This document shows positions 1 through 9,783 of a stretch of 64,000 bases of DNA, piece after piece. Made by a program: the position numbers and the translations under genes. The stretch is taken from the NCBI GenBank assembly GCA_963716725.1, contig CAVQUB010000002.1, forward strand, positions 256,001 to 320,000, written 5' to 3'. This stretch comes from an uncultured delta proteobacterium. Its GTDB lineage: Bacteria > Myxococcota_A > Polyangia > Polyangiales > Polyangiaceae. Below the pieces are notes generated by a model. That model saw only the letters and a program-made list of their open reading frames with translations, was not told the DNA's origin and ran no database searches. Each line of letters begins with the position of its first letter. Positions within the stretch are counted from its first letter, which is position 1.

Positions 1-812
1 CGCTCGGGGGCGGAAACATCCGGGGCTCGTCGGTCTGCCTCCGGGTGGTGGTCCCGGTCGCGCTCGCGAACTGCTCACGCTGGGGCAACCCCGGGATGGG
101 CGCTCCGCGGTGGACGGTCGTCTCGTCATCGTCGCCGAGGCTGGGAGCGCGAGAGTTCGGCGGAAACGCCACCGCTGGTAGCGGCGCCGGCGGCAAGGGC
201 GGAGGCACGGAGCGTGGACGCGCGTTGGGCATCGCGGGGCGGGCAGCCGGCGGCGGCGGCTGCCCCGGGGACCGGCGCATCGTCGGTGCTTCTTCCGCCC
301 AGGGCGACGCGGCTGGCGGCGGCATCGCGACCTGGGCTGCGGGCGCCGCCCGCGCCGGGAGCGTCCGCGACACCTCTTGTGCCACCGCCTGCGGTCCGAC
401 GCGCTTCTGCAGCGCGACGTAGACCAAGCGCGCGATCATGCCAGAGCTTGGTGTCGGCGTCTGAGGCGCCGAGCTGCATCGCGCGCTGCAGCACCTTCTC
501 GGCTCGGCCGGCGTCACCGCGACGCAGCAGGACCTCCCCCAGGTAGCGGAACGCTCGGCCGTCGCGCGGGTTGGCCTTGCCCGCGTTGACCAGCGCGTTC
601 TGCGACTCCGCGAGCAGGCCGGCCTCCAGGTACATGCGGCCGACGGCGAGCATCACGTCGCCGTCGTTTGCGTGCCATTGCTCGGCCCGCGCGCCGACCT
701 CGCGCACGAGGTCCTCGCGCGGCGAAACGCCGAGGCGGGTGCAGAGGGCGACGGTCGAGTCGGAGTCCGGGTTCGACCGCCAGTCCTCCAGGAGCTGCTC
801 AAAGGCACCCAT
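1..812 (-). CDS. Tetratricopeptide-repeat protein, N-terminal part (runs off the left edge; 1-nt frameshift near 425)
   Basis: TPR-like helices (LAVGRMYLEAGLLAESQNAL, AFRYLGEVLLRRGDAGRAEKVLQRAMQL). After HDRAL a shifted frame gives VYVALQKRVGPQAVAQEVSRTLP and then a Pro-rich linker. Confidence 0.7.
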
Positions 813-987
813 CGGGGACGAGAGGATAGTCAGAAGGCGTGAAAAGCTCTAAGAGTTTCGGGGGCCGGCTCGAAATGGGACACTCGGGGACCCGGTCCCC
901 AGGGCCCCCGTCCGAACGGGACCGCTGGCACTGGGACCCGCTCAGTTGTGCAGTATCCACCCGGGCCCGCACCCCAGAAAGGCCGTT

Positions 988-2455
988 ATGTGCGGCGTCT
1001 TCGGCATCTACGGCCACCCGGAAGCGGCCAACCTGACCTACCTCGGTCTGCACGCGCTGCAGCACCGCGGCCAGGAGAGCGCGGGCCTGGTCGACCAGCG
1101 ACGGCCAGCCAGCTGTTCCTGCACCGCGGCATGGGGCACGTCATCGACGTCTTCCCGCCCGAGCAGATCGCCGAGCTCCCGGGCACGAGCGCGATTGGCC
1201 ACGTCCGCTACTCGACCGCCGGCGGCTCGTTCCTGAAGAACGCGCAGCCCCTGGCCGTCGACTACGCCCGCGGCTCGGTCGCCGTCGCGCACAACGGCAA
1301 CCTGACCAACGCCGAAGCACTGCGCGAGAAGCTGGAGGAGCGCGGGTCGATCTTCCAAAGCGTGAGTCGACACCGAGGTCATCGTCCACCTGATGGCGAT
1401 GAGCAAGGCGCGTCGAGTCGAGGAGCGAATCGCCGACGCGCTGCGGTCAGGTCGAGGGCGCGTACTCACTCTTGTTCCTCACCGAGCAGGCCATGATCGC
1501 GGTCCGCGATCCGATGGGCATCCGGCCGCTCTGCCTGGGCATCTTGCCGGGCAAGCCGGACGCCTACGTCAGTCGCCAGCGAGCCGACCGAGCTTCGACC
1601 TGATCGACGCCGAGTTCGTCCGGGACGTCGAACCCGGCGAGATGGTCGTGATCGACGCAAGCGCGGCATCCAAAGCTCGCGTCCTTTCGAGCGTGCACGC
1701 ACGCACACTCGTGCATCTTCGAGTACGTCTACTTCGCGCGGCCCGACTCCACCATCGACGGGATCAGCGTGTACGAGGCCGCAAGAACCTGGGGCGCGCG
1801 CTGGCCCGGGAGCACCCGGTGCGACGCGGACGTCGTGATCCCGGTGCCGGACTCGGGCGTTCCCGCGACCATCGGCTACGCCGAGCAGAGCGGGCATCCC
1901 CTTCGAGATGGGTCTCGTGCGCAGCCACTACGTCGGCCGCACCTTCATCGAGCCGCAGCAGAGCATCCGTCACTTCGGCGTCCGCCTGAAGCTGAACCCG
2001 GTCGGCGACGCTGCTGCGCGGCAAGCGCGTCGTCGTCGTCGACGACAGCATCGTGCGCGGCACCACCAGCCGCAAGATCGTGAAGATGCTGCGCGACGCC
2101 GGGCGCGCGCGAGGTGCACATGCGCATCTCCAGCCCGCCCAACGCGCTGGCCCTGCTACTACGGCATCGACACGCCGACCCGCGGCGAGCTCATCGCGCT
2201 CGAGCCATAGCGTCGAGGAGATCAATCAGTACATCACGAGCGACAGCCTCGACTACCTGAGCCTCGAAGAGATGGTCGATGCCGTGGTCAACACCCACCC
2301 CGACAGGCAAGAGAGCCCGCCGCGCAGCCTGCCGATTATGCAGGCTGCGATCCAGAACGGACAGTCGTTTTGCCACGCATGCTTGAGCGGGCGAGTACCC
2401 GGTCGAGTTCTCGCCCCACCCTCGCCACCGCAGCTCCAAGCTGGTGGAAAGCTAA
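988..2455 (+). CDS. purF: Amidophosphoribosyltransferase (multiple frameshifts, probably sequencing errors)
   Basis: MCGVFG N-terminal Cys nucleophile, [57 protein letters not shown] and PCYYGID, spread over several frames. Confidence 0.95.
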
Positions 2456-2494
2456 CGAGCCTGCGGGGCGTGCCATAATGCGGGCTTTAGAGCC

Positions 2495-3415
2495 ATGTTG
2501 ACCAGCCTTGCCAGACCGCGTCTCGGTCTACGAGGTCTCACCTCGCGACGGTCTGCAGAACGAAGCCGCTCCCATCCCGCTCGAGGCCAAGCAGCGATTG
2601 GTCGAAGCGCTATTCCGCGCCGGCGTTCGCGCCTCGAGCTGACCAGCTTCGTCTCTCCGCGCTGGGTGCCTCAGCTCGCAGACGCCGACGAGTTGGTGTC
2701 GCGGCGTGCGGGCTCGGCCCGGCGTCACGCTGAGCGCGCTGTGCCCCAACGCAAAAGGCTTCGAACGCGCCAAGGCGGTGGGCCTGGACGAAATCGCGGT
2801 CTTCATGTCGGCCAGCGAGACCCACAACAAGAAGAACACCAACAAGACCATCGACCAATCCCTCGAGCACTTTCGCCGAAGTAGTCCCGCCGGCGCTGGA
2901 AGCCGGGCATGCGCGGTTCGGGCCTACGTCTCGACCGTCTGGGGCTGCCCCTACGAAGGCGCCGTCGATCCGAGAGCGCTCCCTCGACCATCACCCAGCG
3001 CCTGCTCGACCTCGGCTGCTACCAGGTGTCCCTCGGCGACACCATCGGCGTCGGGACCCCGCTGCAGACCCGCAAGCTCTGCGAGATGTTCCTGGCCGAG
3101 GTGCCGAGCGATCAGCTCGCGCTACACCTGCACGACACCCGGGGGACGGCCCTGGCCAACGCCCTGGTCGGACTCGAGCTCGGCGTGCGCGACTTCGACG
3201 CTTCGGTGGCGGGGCTGGGCGGCTGCCCTTACGCGCCCGGAGCTGCGGGCAACCTCGCGACCGAAGATCTCGTCTACATGCTGCACGGCATGGGCATCGA
3301 GACTGGCATCGACCTGGAGGCGTTGATCGAGGCGGGCCGGGTCGCCGAGGCCGTGACGGGCCGGAGGCTCCCGGGCAAGGTGCACCAGGCCGGTCCCTTC
3401 AAGCTGCGAAGCTGA
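2495..3415 (+). CDS. hmgL: Hydroxymethylglutaryl-CoA lyase (frameshifted)
   Basis: EVSPRDGLQNE, GCPYEG, LGDTIGVGTP, HLHDTRG and GLGGCPYAPGAAGNLATED across frames. Confidence 0.92.
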
Positions 3416-3443
3416 GGGGGGTCTGGCCGGCCTTTGCGGGTCG

Positions 3444-5036
3444 CTACTCGCCCGCCACGCAGGTGAGGCGAGTGAAATATACCTGCCAGCTGCCCGACCG
3501 GCGGTCGTCGAAGAGCACCCCGACGTCACCCTGGGGGCCGAACACGGCAATGGGGGACACGGTGTCGCTCGGGTTGTTGGTGACGCGCTTGCGGGGCGAG
3601 ATCACCTCGAGGTCGTTGGACATCATCTGGGTGTAGAGCTCGTAGTTGCCGTCGTGATCGTCGGCCCAGAGCAGGAGCAGCCGGTCGCCGAGGGGAAGCA
3701 TCCACTGGGTGCGCGCGAACTGGGCGCCCGAGGTGATCTTCTTGTCCTTGACCAACACCGTACCGTCTTCCTTCACCACTGCGGCCCAGATGGCGCTTCC
3801 GGGCACTCCGTTCGGGCGCTTGCTGTAGGCGACGATGTAGCGGTCTTTGTTCCAGATGATGGTGGGATCCACCGCGCTGTCGTCGCTCAGCGTGATCACC
3901 GCGCTCGGCGAGGTCAGATCCGGCGCCAGGGTCCGCATGCCGACCTTCTTGGACAGGGACGAGACCATGTTGAAGGCCATGCCGATGGTCTTTTCGCCTT
4001 CGGCGATGCGTGGGCTCTCGGCGTGCAGGTTCGGTCCCGTGAGCTCGACGTTGCCGCCGAGGAGCTTTCCTTCCACGTCGATACGCTGGCCGTACACCCG
4101 ATAGTCGTTGGGCCCGTTGCGGCGGTCGTCCCAGACCAGGATGAACTCGGACCCGTTCCAGATCATGCTCGCGTGCAGCGAGAACCCGGGGGCGTTGGTC
4201 ACCCGCACGTCCGGGCCCAGCTTCTGGCCCGTCGCGTCGATCCGATTGAAGTAGATCTCGTAGTCGTTGTCCCGGCGGTCTTCCCAAGCCGTGCCGAAGA
4301 TGGCGCCGGTCCAGACCATGGGTCCGGTGAAGGTGTCGCTGGGCACGTTCGTGATCGGCGAATCGCCGAACTTGGTGCTGCCGTCCGCGCTCAGGCCCTT
4401 CACGTAGGTGCGCCAGGCGCTCTTCTGCCCAGCGTAGGCTGCGGCATAAAAGTCGTCGTTGTAGGCGATACCGCCGCGCCCGGCTTGGATCTGGTCGAGC
4501 CCCGAGACCCGCACGTCGCCGCCGCCCACCGGGACGTAGCTCATGCCCTCGTCGATCACGCCGTTGCAGTTGTTGTCGACGCCGTCGCACACCTCGGTGC
4601 CGCCCGGGTAGGCCTTCGCGCTGGTGTCGTCACAGTCGTCGCCGCAGGAGCCCGGCGCGCCCGGGGCAAAGCCCGGCCGCGGGCCCTTGAAGCCGTCTTT
4701 GTCCTGATCCAGCGCGAGCTCGCGGAAATCGCAGCTACCGTTCTCCGGGAGGCAGGTGTCCTCGGTGCAGGGATCCTCGTCGTCACACTCGACGGTCAGG
4801 GGCTGGGCGCATTTGCCCTCGACGCAGGCCGTGCGGACGCAGAGATCCTCGGTGGCGCAGTCCTCGTCCGTGATGCAGTCGGGCATCGGCACGTCAGGAG
4901 TCGCGTCCATCGCGTCGGGGCCCGCGTCGGTGTCCGAGATTCGGAGCCCGCTCTTGCTGCCGCAGCTCACGGTCGCCGCGGGGGCAATGACGAACGCCAC
5001 GCTGAGCGCGATCAGCGCTCGACGAATCAGTAGCAT
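3444..5036 (-). CDS. Cys-rich lipoprotein with a MopE-like putative metal-binding motif and a repeat (propeller-like) C-terminal domain
   Basis: Signal peptide and lipobox-like ATVSC; DCDDTSAKAYPGGTEVCDGVDNNCNGVIDE motif; repeated W-D-RR blades (WEDRRDNDYEIY, WDDRRNGPNDYRVY, FDDRRSGSWQVY). Confidence 0.7.
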   Translation of the reverse strand: MLLIRRALIALSVAFVIAPAATVSCGSKSGLRISDTDAGPDAMDATPDVPMPDCITDEDCATEDLCVRTACVEGKCAQPLTVECDDEDPCTEDTCLPENGSCDFRELALDQDKDGFKGPRPGFAPGAPGSCGDDCDDTSAKAYPGGTEVCDGVDNNCNGVIDEGMSYVPVGGGDVRVSGLDQIQAGRGGIAYNDDFYAAAYAGQKSAWRTYVKGLSADGSTKFGDSPITNVPSDTFTGPMVWTGAIFGTAWEDRRDNDYEIYFNRIDATGQKLGPDVRVTNAPGFSLHASMIWNGSEFILVWDDRRNGPNDYRVYGQRIDVEGKLLGGNVELTGPNLHAESPRIAEGEKTIGMAFNMVSSLSKKVGMRTLAPDLTSPSAVITLSDDSAVDPTIIWNKDRYIVAYSKRPNGVPGSAIWAAVVKEDGTVLVKDKKITSGAQFARTQWMLPLGDRLLLLWADDHDGNYELYTQMMSNDLEVISPRKRVTNNPSDTVSPIAVFGPQGDVGVLFDDRRSGSWQVYFTRLTCVAGE

Positions 5037-5624
5037 CCGCCCACTCCCTCGACGTCGATGGGAACGCAGAAGAGCCCGGGCGGGCACTTGGCCGCGCCGA
5101 AGAGATCGCAGAATCTGCACGCACTCGGTGCCCTGGCCGGTCACCACGCAAACGAAGCCGCCCGCGCAGTTCGAGCCGCCGCAGGCGTCGCCTTGTTTCC
5201 CAGTGCCGACCGGCGCGCAGACCGAGCCAAACACCTCTTGGTCGCACTTCTTGGTTGGATACTGGACGAAGGGGTAACACCCCTCGTTGGGCGGACAGGT
5301 GTTGGGGCCGAAGAGATCGCACTCCTTGATGGGTGGTGGAGGCGCCGCGTCCGGACAGCCGGGATCGATGTAGGTCCCGCCACTGCCGCCGCTGCCCCCG
5401 GTTCCGCCCGTCCCGCCCGTGAAGCCACCGGTTCCGCCACCGGTCGGCACCCCGCCGAAGCCCCCGGTCGTGATCCCACCGGTCCCGCCGGACGTCGTCC
5501 CGCCAGAAGCGGAGCCCCCGGTCCCGTCCTTGTCCCCCGCGACGCTGCCGCCGCAGGCGGCCGCGACAAGCAGCGCGGCGACCGCAGAGGCCGAACCCCA
5601 CACACCACCAAGCCCGAAGCGCAT
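5027..5624 (-). CDS. Myxobacterial Gly-rich/Cys-rich lipoprotein (1-nt frameshift near 5113 fuses it to the next gene in the ORF track)
   Basis: Lipobox AAAC and a GTGG linker, then a Cys-rich domain. The corrected frame ends ECVQICDLFGAAKCPPGLFCVPIDVEGVGGCY-stop, overlapping the ATG of the next gene. Confidence 0.7.
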
Positions 5625-5829
5625 TGGCGCGAGACTAGCAGGGTTCGTGCCACAGCTCACTGCGGTCGAAGCCCATGCGCCGCCCGGTTCGCATCGACGC
5701 TTTCCGGCGGGCCGTGCGGATTCTGACGTCCCGATCCGCTCGGTCACTCGGCCGGTGCTTGCCGGAAGTTCCGGCACGGGCTACCCGTGGCGCCGTCGCC
5801 GTGACGTCGGCGGCACAGGTGTGTCCACG

Positions 5830-6447
5830 ATGACTTACAGGTCAGTCCTCGCGTTGTCGGTTCTGTCCCTGCTCGGCTGCGGGCGGAGCGAGGAACCCGC
5901 CGGAGCCCGCCCCGCCCGGGCCGCGACGGCGGAGGTCGCCGCTCCGACCCGCAGCACCGCGTCGGCGGCCGCGCCCGCGGAGAAGCCTCGCTGCGTCATT
6001 GCGACCTCGACGACTCCGGCCGCGCAGGCCGAGCCCGCGCGCCAATGCCCTCCAGATCCGACCGGCAACCTGAGCCTCCGCCGGGGCCACGTGACCTTCG
6101 CCGACGCGCCCGGCACGCCGCGCGTCGAGGTCGAGGTCGCCGACCAACCCGAGGGCCGTGAACGCGGCCTGATGTATCGGACCGGGATGCCGGAGGGAGC
6201 GGGCATGCTGTTCTCATGGCCGGACGAACAGGTGCGGAACTTCTGGATGCGCAACACCTGCCTCCCCCTCGACATGCTGTTCATCGACTCGCGCGGCTTC
6301 ATCGTGGGCATCTTGGAGCAAGTGCCCACCATGAACGAAGCGTCTCGGACCATCCCCTGCCCCGCAACCCACGTCCTCGAGCTCAATGCTGGATGGACCC
6401 GATCCCGCGGTGTGGTCGCCGGCCAGCGGCTCCGCATCGAACCCTGA
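5830..6447 (+). CDS. DUF192 family lipoprotein
   Basis: Lipobox LLGC; VEVEVAD..RERGLMYR..GMLF..FWMRNTCLPLDMLFID..VLELNAG. Confidence 0.85.
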   Translation: MTYRSVLALSVLSLLGCGRSEEPAGARPARAATAEVAAPTRSTASAAAPAEKPRCVIATSTTPAAQAEPARQCPPDPTGNLSLRRGHVTFADAPGTPRVEVEVADQPEGRERGLMYRTGMPEGAGMLFSWPDEQVRNFWMRNTCLPLDMLFIDSRGFIVGILEQVPTMNEASRTIPCPATHVLELNAGWTRSRGVVAGQRLRIEP

Positions 6448-6465
6448 ACGTCGAAGAGTGATCCC

Positions 6466-7338
6466 ATGAACCGATTGAACGTCGTCGTCTTCCTTCCTCT
6501 CGTGCTCGTCGCCTGCGAGGAGCCGCCTCCAGAGCCGGAGCCGCCCGCGCGCGCGGTCGCCACGCCGGCGCCCACGGCGGTCGCGAGCGGAGCCATCGAC
6601 CTCACGCATCGCGCGGCCATGACCGCCGCGGCCCGACCGGCCCCGGCACCCTCCGAGCGCAAGATCGCCGCCAAGCCGGTGGCGGATGTGAAACCGAGCC
6701 CCGACGATCCGCTCGGCGGCAAGTTCTCCCTCGCGGACGCGACCAAGGGGTTGACCGGGAAGGGCACGCTCATCGCCGAGATCAAGACCGCCAAGGGCAC
6801 GCTCTCTTGCACCCTCTACGAGGACAAGGCGCCGCTCACGGTCGCGAACTTCGTCGGGCTCGCGCGGGGACTGCGCCCGTGGAAGACGCCGCAGGGCAAA
6901 TGGGAGAAGAAGCCGGGCTACGACGGGACCACGTTCCACCGCGTCGTGAAGGGCTTCATGATCCAGGGCGGCGATCCGGCGGGCACCGGTTCGGGCGAAC
7001 CCGGCTATGTGATCCCCGACGAGGTGTGGGAGGACGCCCTCCACGATCAGCGCGGCCTGCTCTGCATGGCGAACCGCGGCCCGAACACCAACGGCATGCA
7101 GTTCTTCGTCACGGACGGCGTCGCCGCCCACCTGGACGGCGGCTACACCATCTTCGGAAAATGCGAGCCCGAGACGGTGGTCGAGGCGCTGGCGAACAGC
7201 CCGGTTCAGGGCGAACGCGCGGTCCCTCCTCCAAAGATCGAGAAGGTCACCATCAGGCGTTTGGCCAAGCCTGCCGCGGCGCCGGCCGCGGCCGCCAGCG
7301 GCGCCCCCTCCCCGGCCCCGGCGCCCAGCGCCAAGTGA
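6466..7338 (+). CDS. Cyclophilin-type peptidyl-prolyl cis-trans isomerase, lipoprotein
   Basis: Lipobox LVAC; APLTVANFVGL, FHRVVKGFMIQGGDP, MANRGPNTNGMQFFVT, HLDGGYTIFG. Confidence 0.93.
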   Translation: MNRLNVVVFLPLVLVACEEPPPEPEPPARAVATPAPTAVASGAIDLTHRAAMTAAARPAPAPSERKIAAKPVADVKPSPDDPLGGKFSLADATKGLTGKGTLIAEIKTAKGTLSCTLYEDKAPLTVANFVGLARGLRPWKTPQGKWEKKPGYDGTTFHRVVKGFMIQGGDPAGTGSGEPGYVIPDEVWEDALHDQRGLLCMANRGPNTNGMQFFVTDGVAAHLDGGYTIFGKCEPETVVEALANSPVQGERAVPPPKIEKVTIRRLAKPAAAPAAAASGAPSPAPAPSAK

Positions 7339-7414
7339 GCGCTCGAACTTAACTGCACCGGCCGCGCCGCGGGCGGTGTAAGCAGAGGACCGTGAAGAAC
7401 GTTTGGGTGCGGCC

Positions 7415-8314
7415 ATGAAGGATCTGCAGACGAGAGTGTGCTCGTGGGGGCGAGTCGCCGTACTGATGCTGGTCGCGTGGAGCGCCATGGGTTGCGGCGG
7501 AGGCGCCCTCGCCGCCGCAGCACCGGAGGCCCCCATGGCTCCCGAAGCGACCGCGACCGCGGCGCCGGAGGAGGTCGACATCGACCGAAAGGACTCGAGC
7601 GGCGATGAGGCCACGCTCTACAAAAAGGCCGAGGCAGGTCCGATTCCGGCACGGGGAGGCATGGCTCAAGCCACGCCACCGTCGCCGCCGACGACGAATA
7701 AAGACCCCGCGGTCCACGACTCCGCGACGATCGGCAAGGAGCAAGCCGCGGTGGCCACGGGCTCGGACGGCAAGGCCGTCGCCGGCCCGTTGCTGATCTA
7801 CAAGGCCCAGATCTATCTGGCCGTGTTCGAGGCTCGGAAATCCATCGACGCCGTCGAGAAGCTCGCGAAAGAGAACGGCGGCTACCTGGTCTCGCGGGAG
7901 GATTCACGCATCACCATCCGCATTCCGGCCGGCAAGTTCGACGGCGCCATCGACGAGATCGCGAAGATGGGCGACCTCTTGCACCGCAACGTGAACGTGC
8001 AAGACGTGACCGCCGAGTACACCGACTTGGCGATCCGCATGCGAAACCTCGAGGTGATGCGCGAGCGACTCGAGGAGCTTCTGAAGAAGGCCGCCAAGGT
8101 CGAAGAGGCCCTGGCCGTCGAGCGCGAGCTCGAGCGAGTGGCCGGGCAACTCGAGCGCATCAAGGGGCGGCTCAAGCTCCTGCGTGAGCTGGTGAGCTTC
8201 TCGACCATCACCGTAGAGTTTCAACCGCGACCAGTCGATCACGTGAACTCCAAAGTGCATTTGCCGTTCCCGTGGTTAGATCGGCTCGGGCTCGGAGAGC
8301 TACTGCGTCTGTGA
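7415..8314 (+). CDS. DUF4349 domain lipoprotein
   Basis: Lipobox AMGC; ITIRIPAGKFD..QDVTAEYTDL, a coiled coil, then IKGRLKLLRELVSFSTITV. Confidence 0.8.
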   Translation: MKDLQTRVCSWGRVAVLMLVAWSAMGCGGGALAAAAPEAPMAPEATATAAPEEVDIDRKDSSGDEATLYKKAEAGPIPARGGMAQATPPSPPTTNKDPAVHDSATIGKEQAAVATGSDGKAVAGPLLIYKAQIYLAVFEARKSIDAVEKLAKENGGYLVSREDSRITIRIPAGKFDGAIDEIAKMGDLLHRNVNVQDVTAEYTDLAIRMRNLEVMRERLEELLKKAAKVEEALAVERELERVAGQLERIKGRLKLLRELVSFSTITVEFQPRPVDHVNSKVHLPFPWLDRLGLGELLRL

Positions 8315-8321
8315 CAGGAGA

Positions 8322-8789
8322 ATGGCCATGAAGCGCATCATATCGGCTCTAGCTCTGGCAGCCCTGGCCCTGGTCGGCTGCGGCCACCATTTCGAGGCGA
8401 CGACCCCACAGGGCTTCGTCGAGCTCGAAGATCAAGAAGCCTACGACTACCGAGCGACCACCGCTGACGGCCTGGTGATCGCGGTTCGAGAGATCGATCA
8501 CGATCCGAAGGGGGAAGTGAACTTCTGGGTTCGCGCCATCGAGAACCGCATGCGGCAGCGCGGTGGCTACGCTCTGGTCGGCACGAAGGACGTCAAGACC
8601 CAGAGCGGACTCGGTGGCAAGCAGCTCCGCTTCGGCCACGACGAGAGCGGGAAGCCGCACCTCTACTACGTCACGATCTTCGTGACCCCGGATCACATCT
8701 TCTTGCTCGAGGCCGGAGGCACCAAAGAGCTGATGGACAAGGGCGGCCCCGAACTCGACCAGGCCATCGCCGGCTTCCGCGTGAAGTGA
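8322..8789 (+). CDS. Hypothetical lipoprotein
   Basis: AGGAG RBS, lipobox LVGC, good codon bias, 7 nt after the DUF4349 gene. Confidence 0.75.
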   Translation: MAMKRIISALALAALALVGCGHHFEATTPQGFVELEDQEAYDYRATTADGLVIAVREIDHDPKGEVNFWVRAIENRMRQRGGYALVGTKDVKTQSGLGGKQLRFGHDESGKPHLYYVTIFVTPDHIFLLEAGGTKELMDKGGPELDQAIAGFRVK

Positions 8790-8813
8790 CAGGCCGAGCT
8801 CCCGCCGACCGCG

Positions 8814-9722
8814 TCATTCCGGACGAGGGTGGCGCCGCCGGAAGAGGACCGCGCTGCGCCCCCAGCGGTGGCGAAACATGATCGGCAGCGCAAACGCGGG
8901 AGAAGCTCCGGCGTAGAAGAGCGCCGTGTAGAGCACATGCGCCTGCTCGGGCTGCCCAGGGAAGAAGAAGTGCACGAGCAAGAGCGCGACGCCGACGTTG
9001 CGCACAGCCACTTCGATCGTGGTCGCGACGGTGTCGTCGTCGTAGCGGCCCAGCGCCCGCATCAGCTGGGGAACGCCGAGGGCGAGGCTCGCGCCGAAGG
9101 CGACGATCACCAGGGGCGGCTGCCAACCAAACTCGACCACGCGGATCTTCCCGCTTCCCAGCGCGCCGAGCGTGATGAGGGCGATCAGCGAGAGCGCGCC
9201 ACGGATGCTCCACCTGCTGACCGCTGCCGAACGACCGGGGGCGAATCGACGCAGCACCATGCCCGCGGCCAGAGGGATCAACAGGTAGGCGAAGATCTCG
9301 ACCACGATGCGTTGGGTGGGAAGAACGAAGCCCGGCGGCAGGTGGGACCGCGCGGCGACCCGAAGCACCAGGGGCACCGTGGCGATGCAGCCCAAGGTGC
9401 TGACCGTGGTGATCGCGATGCTCAGCGGCACGTTGCCCCGTCCAAAGAAGGTCAGGAGATTGGAGAAGGCACCGCCCGGAACCGCCGCCACCAGCAGCAG
9501 GCCCACCGCCCAGCCCTTGCCCAGCCCCAAGGCCTGCGCGAGGCCAACGGCCAGCAGTGGCACGCAGACCACCTGAACGATGAGCCCCAAAGCCAACCCG
9601 CTCGGGTCGCGCACGATGGACTTGAAGTCGGCCAGCGTCATCGTCGCGCCCATGCCCGCCATCGCGAGCACGAGCTGGAGCGGCACCAACACGACGTCCA
9701 GGGAAGCGAGAGCGTGGAACAC
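8814..9722 (-). CDS. Bile acid:sodium symporter (BASS/SBF) family transporter
   Basis: MAGMGATMT, PGGAFSNLLTFFGRGNVPLS, IEVAVRN; hydrophobic, multi-TM. Confidence 0.88.
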   Translation of the reverse strand: MFHALASLDVVLVPLQLVLAMAGMGATMTLADFKSIVRDPSGLALGLIVQVVCVPLLAVGLAQALGLGKGWAVGLLLVAAVPGGAFSNLLTFFGRGNVPLSIAITTVSTLGCIATVPLVLRVAARSHLPPGFVLPTQRIVVEIFAYLLIPLAAGMVLRRFAPGRSAAVSRWSIRGALSLIALITLGALGSGKIRVVEFGWQPPLVIVAFGASLALGVPQLMRALGRYDDDTVATTIEVAVRNVGVALLLVHFFFPGQPEQAHVLYTALFYAGASPAFALPIMFRHRWGRSAVLFRRRHPRPE

Positions 9723-9783
9723 CGAGAGCGCCCTCTACCCCGAGCCTGAGCGGAGGCAAACGCCGGAATCGGCAGGTCGCCGG

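Noticed and set aside
813..987. Purine, ZTP or PRPP riboswitch upstream of purF
   Set aside because: Only short GC hairpins (e.g. GGGGAC-ccg-GTCCCC) and no recognisable aptamer consensus. An Rfam/Infernal scan would settle it.
3444..5777. Single 777-aa fusion protein
   Set aside because: One extra base near 5113 explains it. The corrected frame gives a clean Cys-rich C-terminus with a stop, and the second gene has its own signal peptide.
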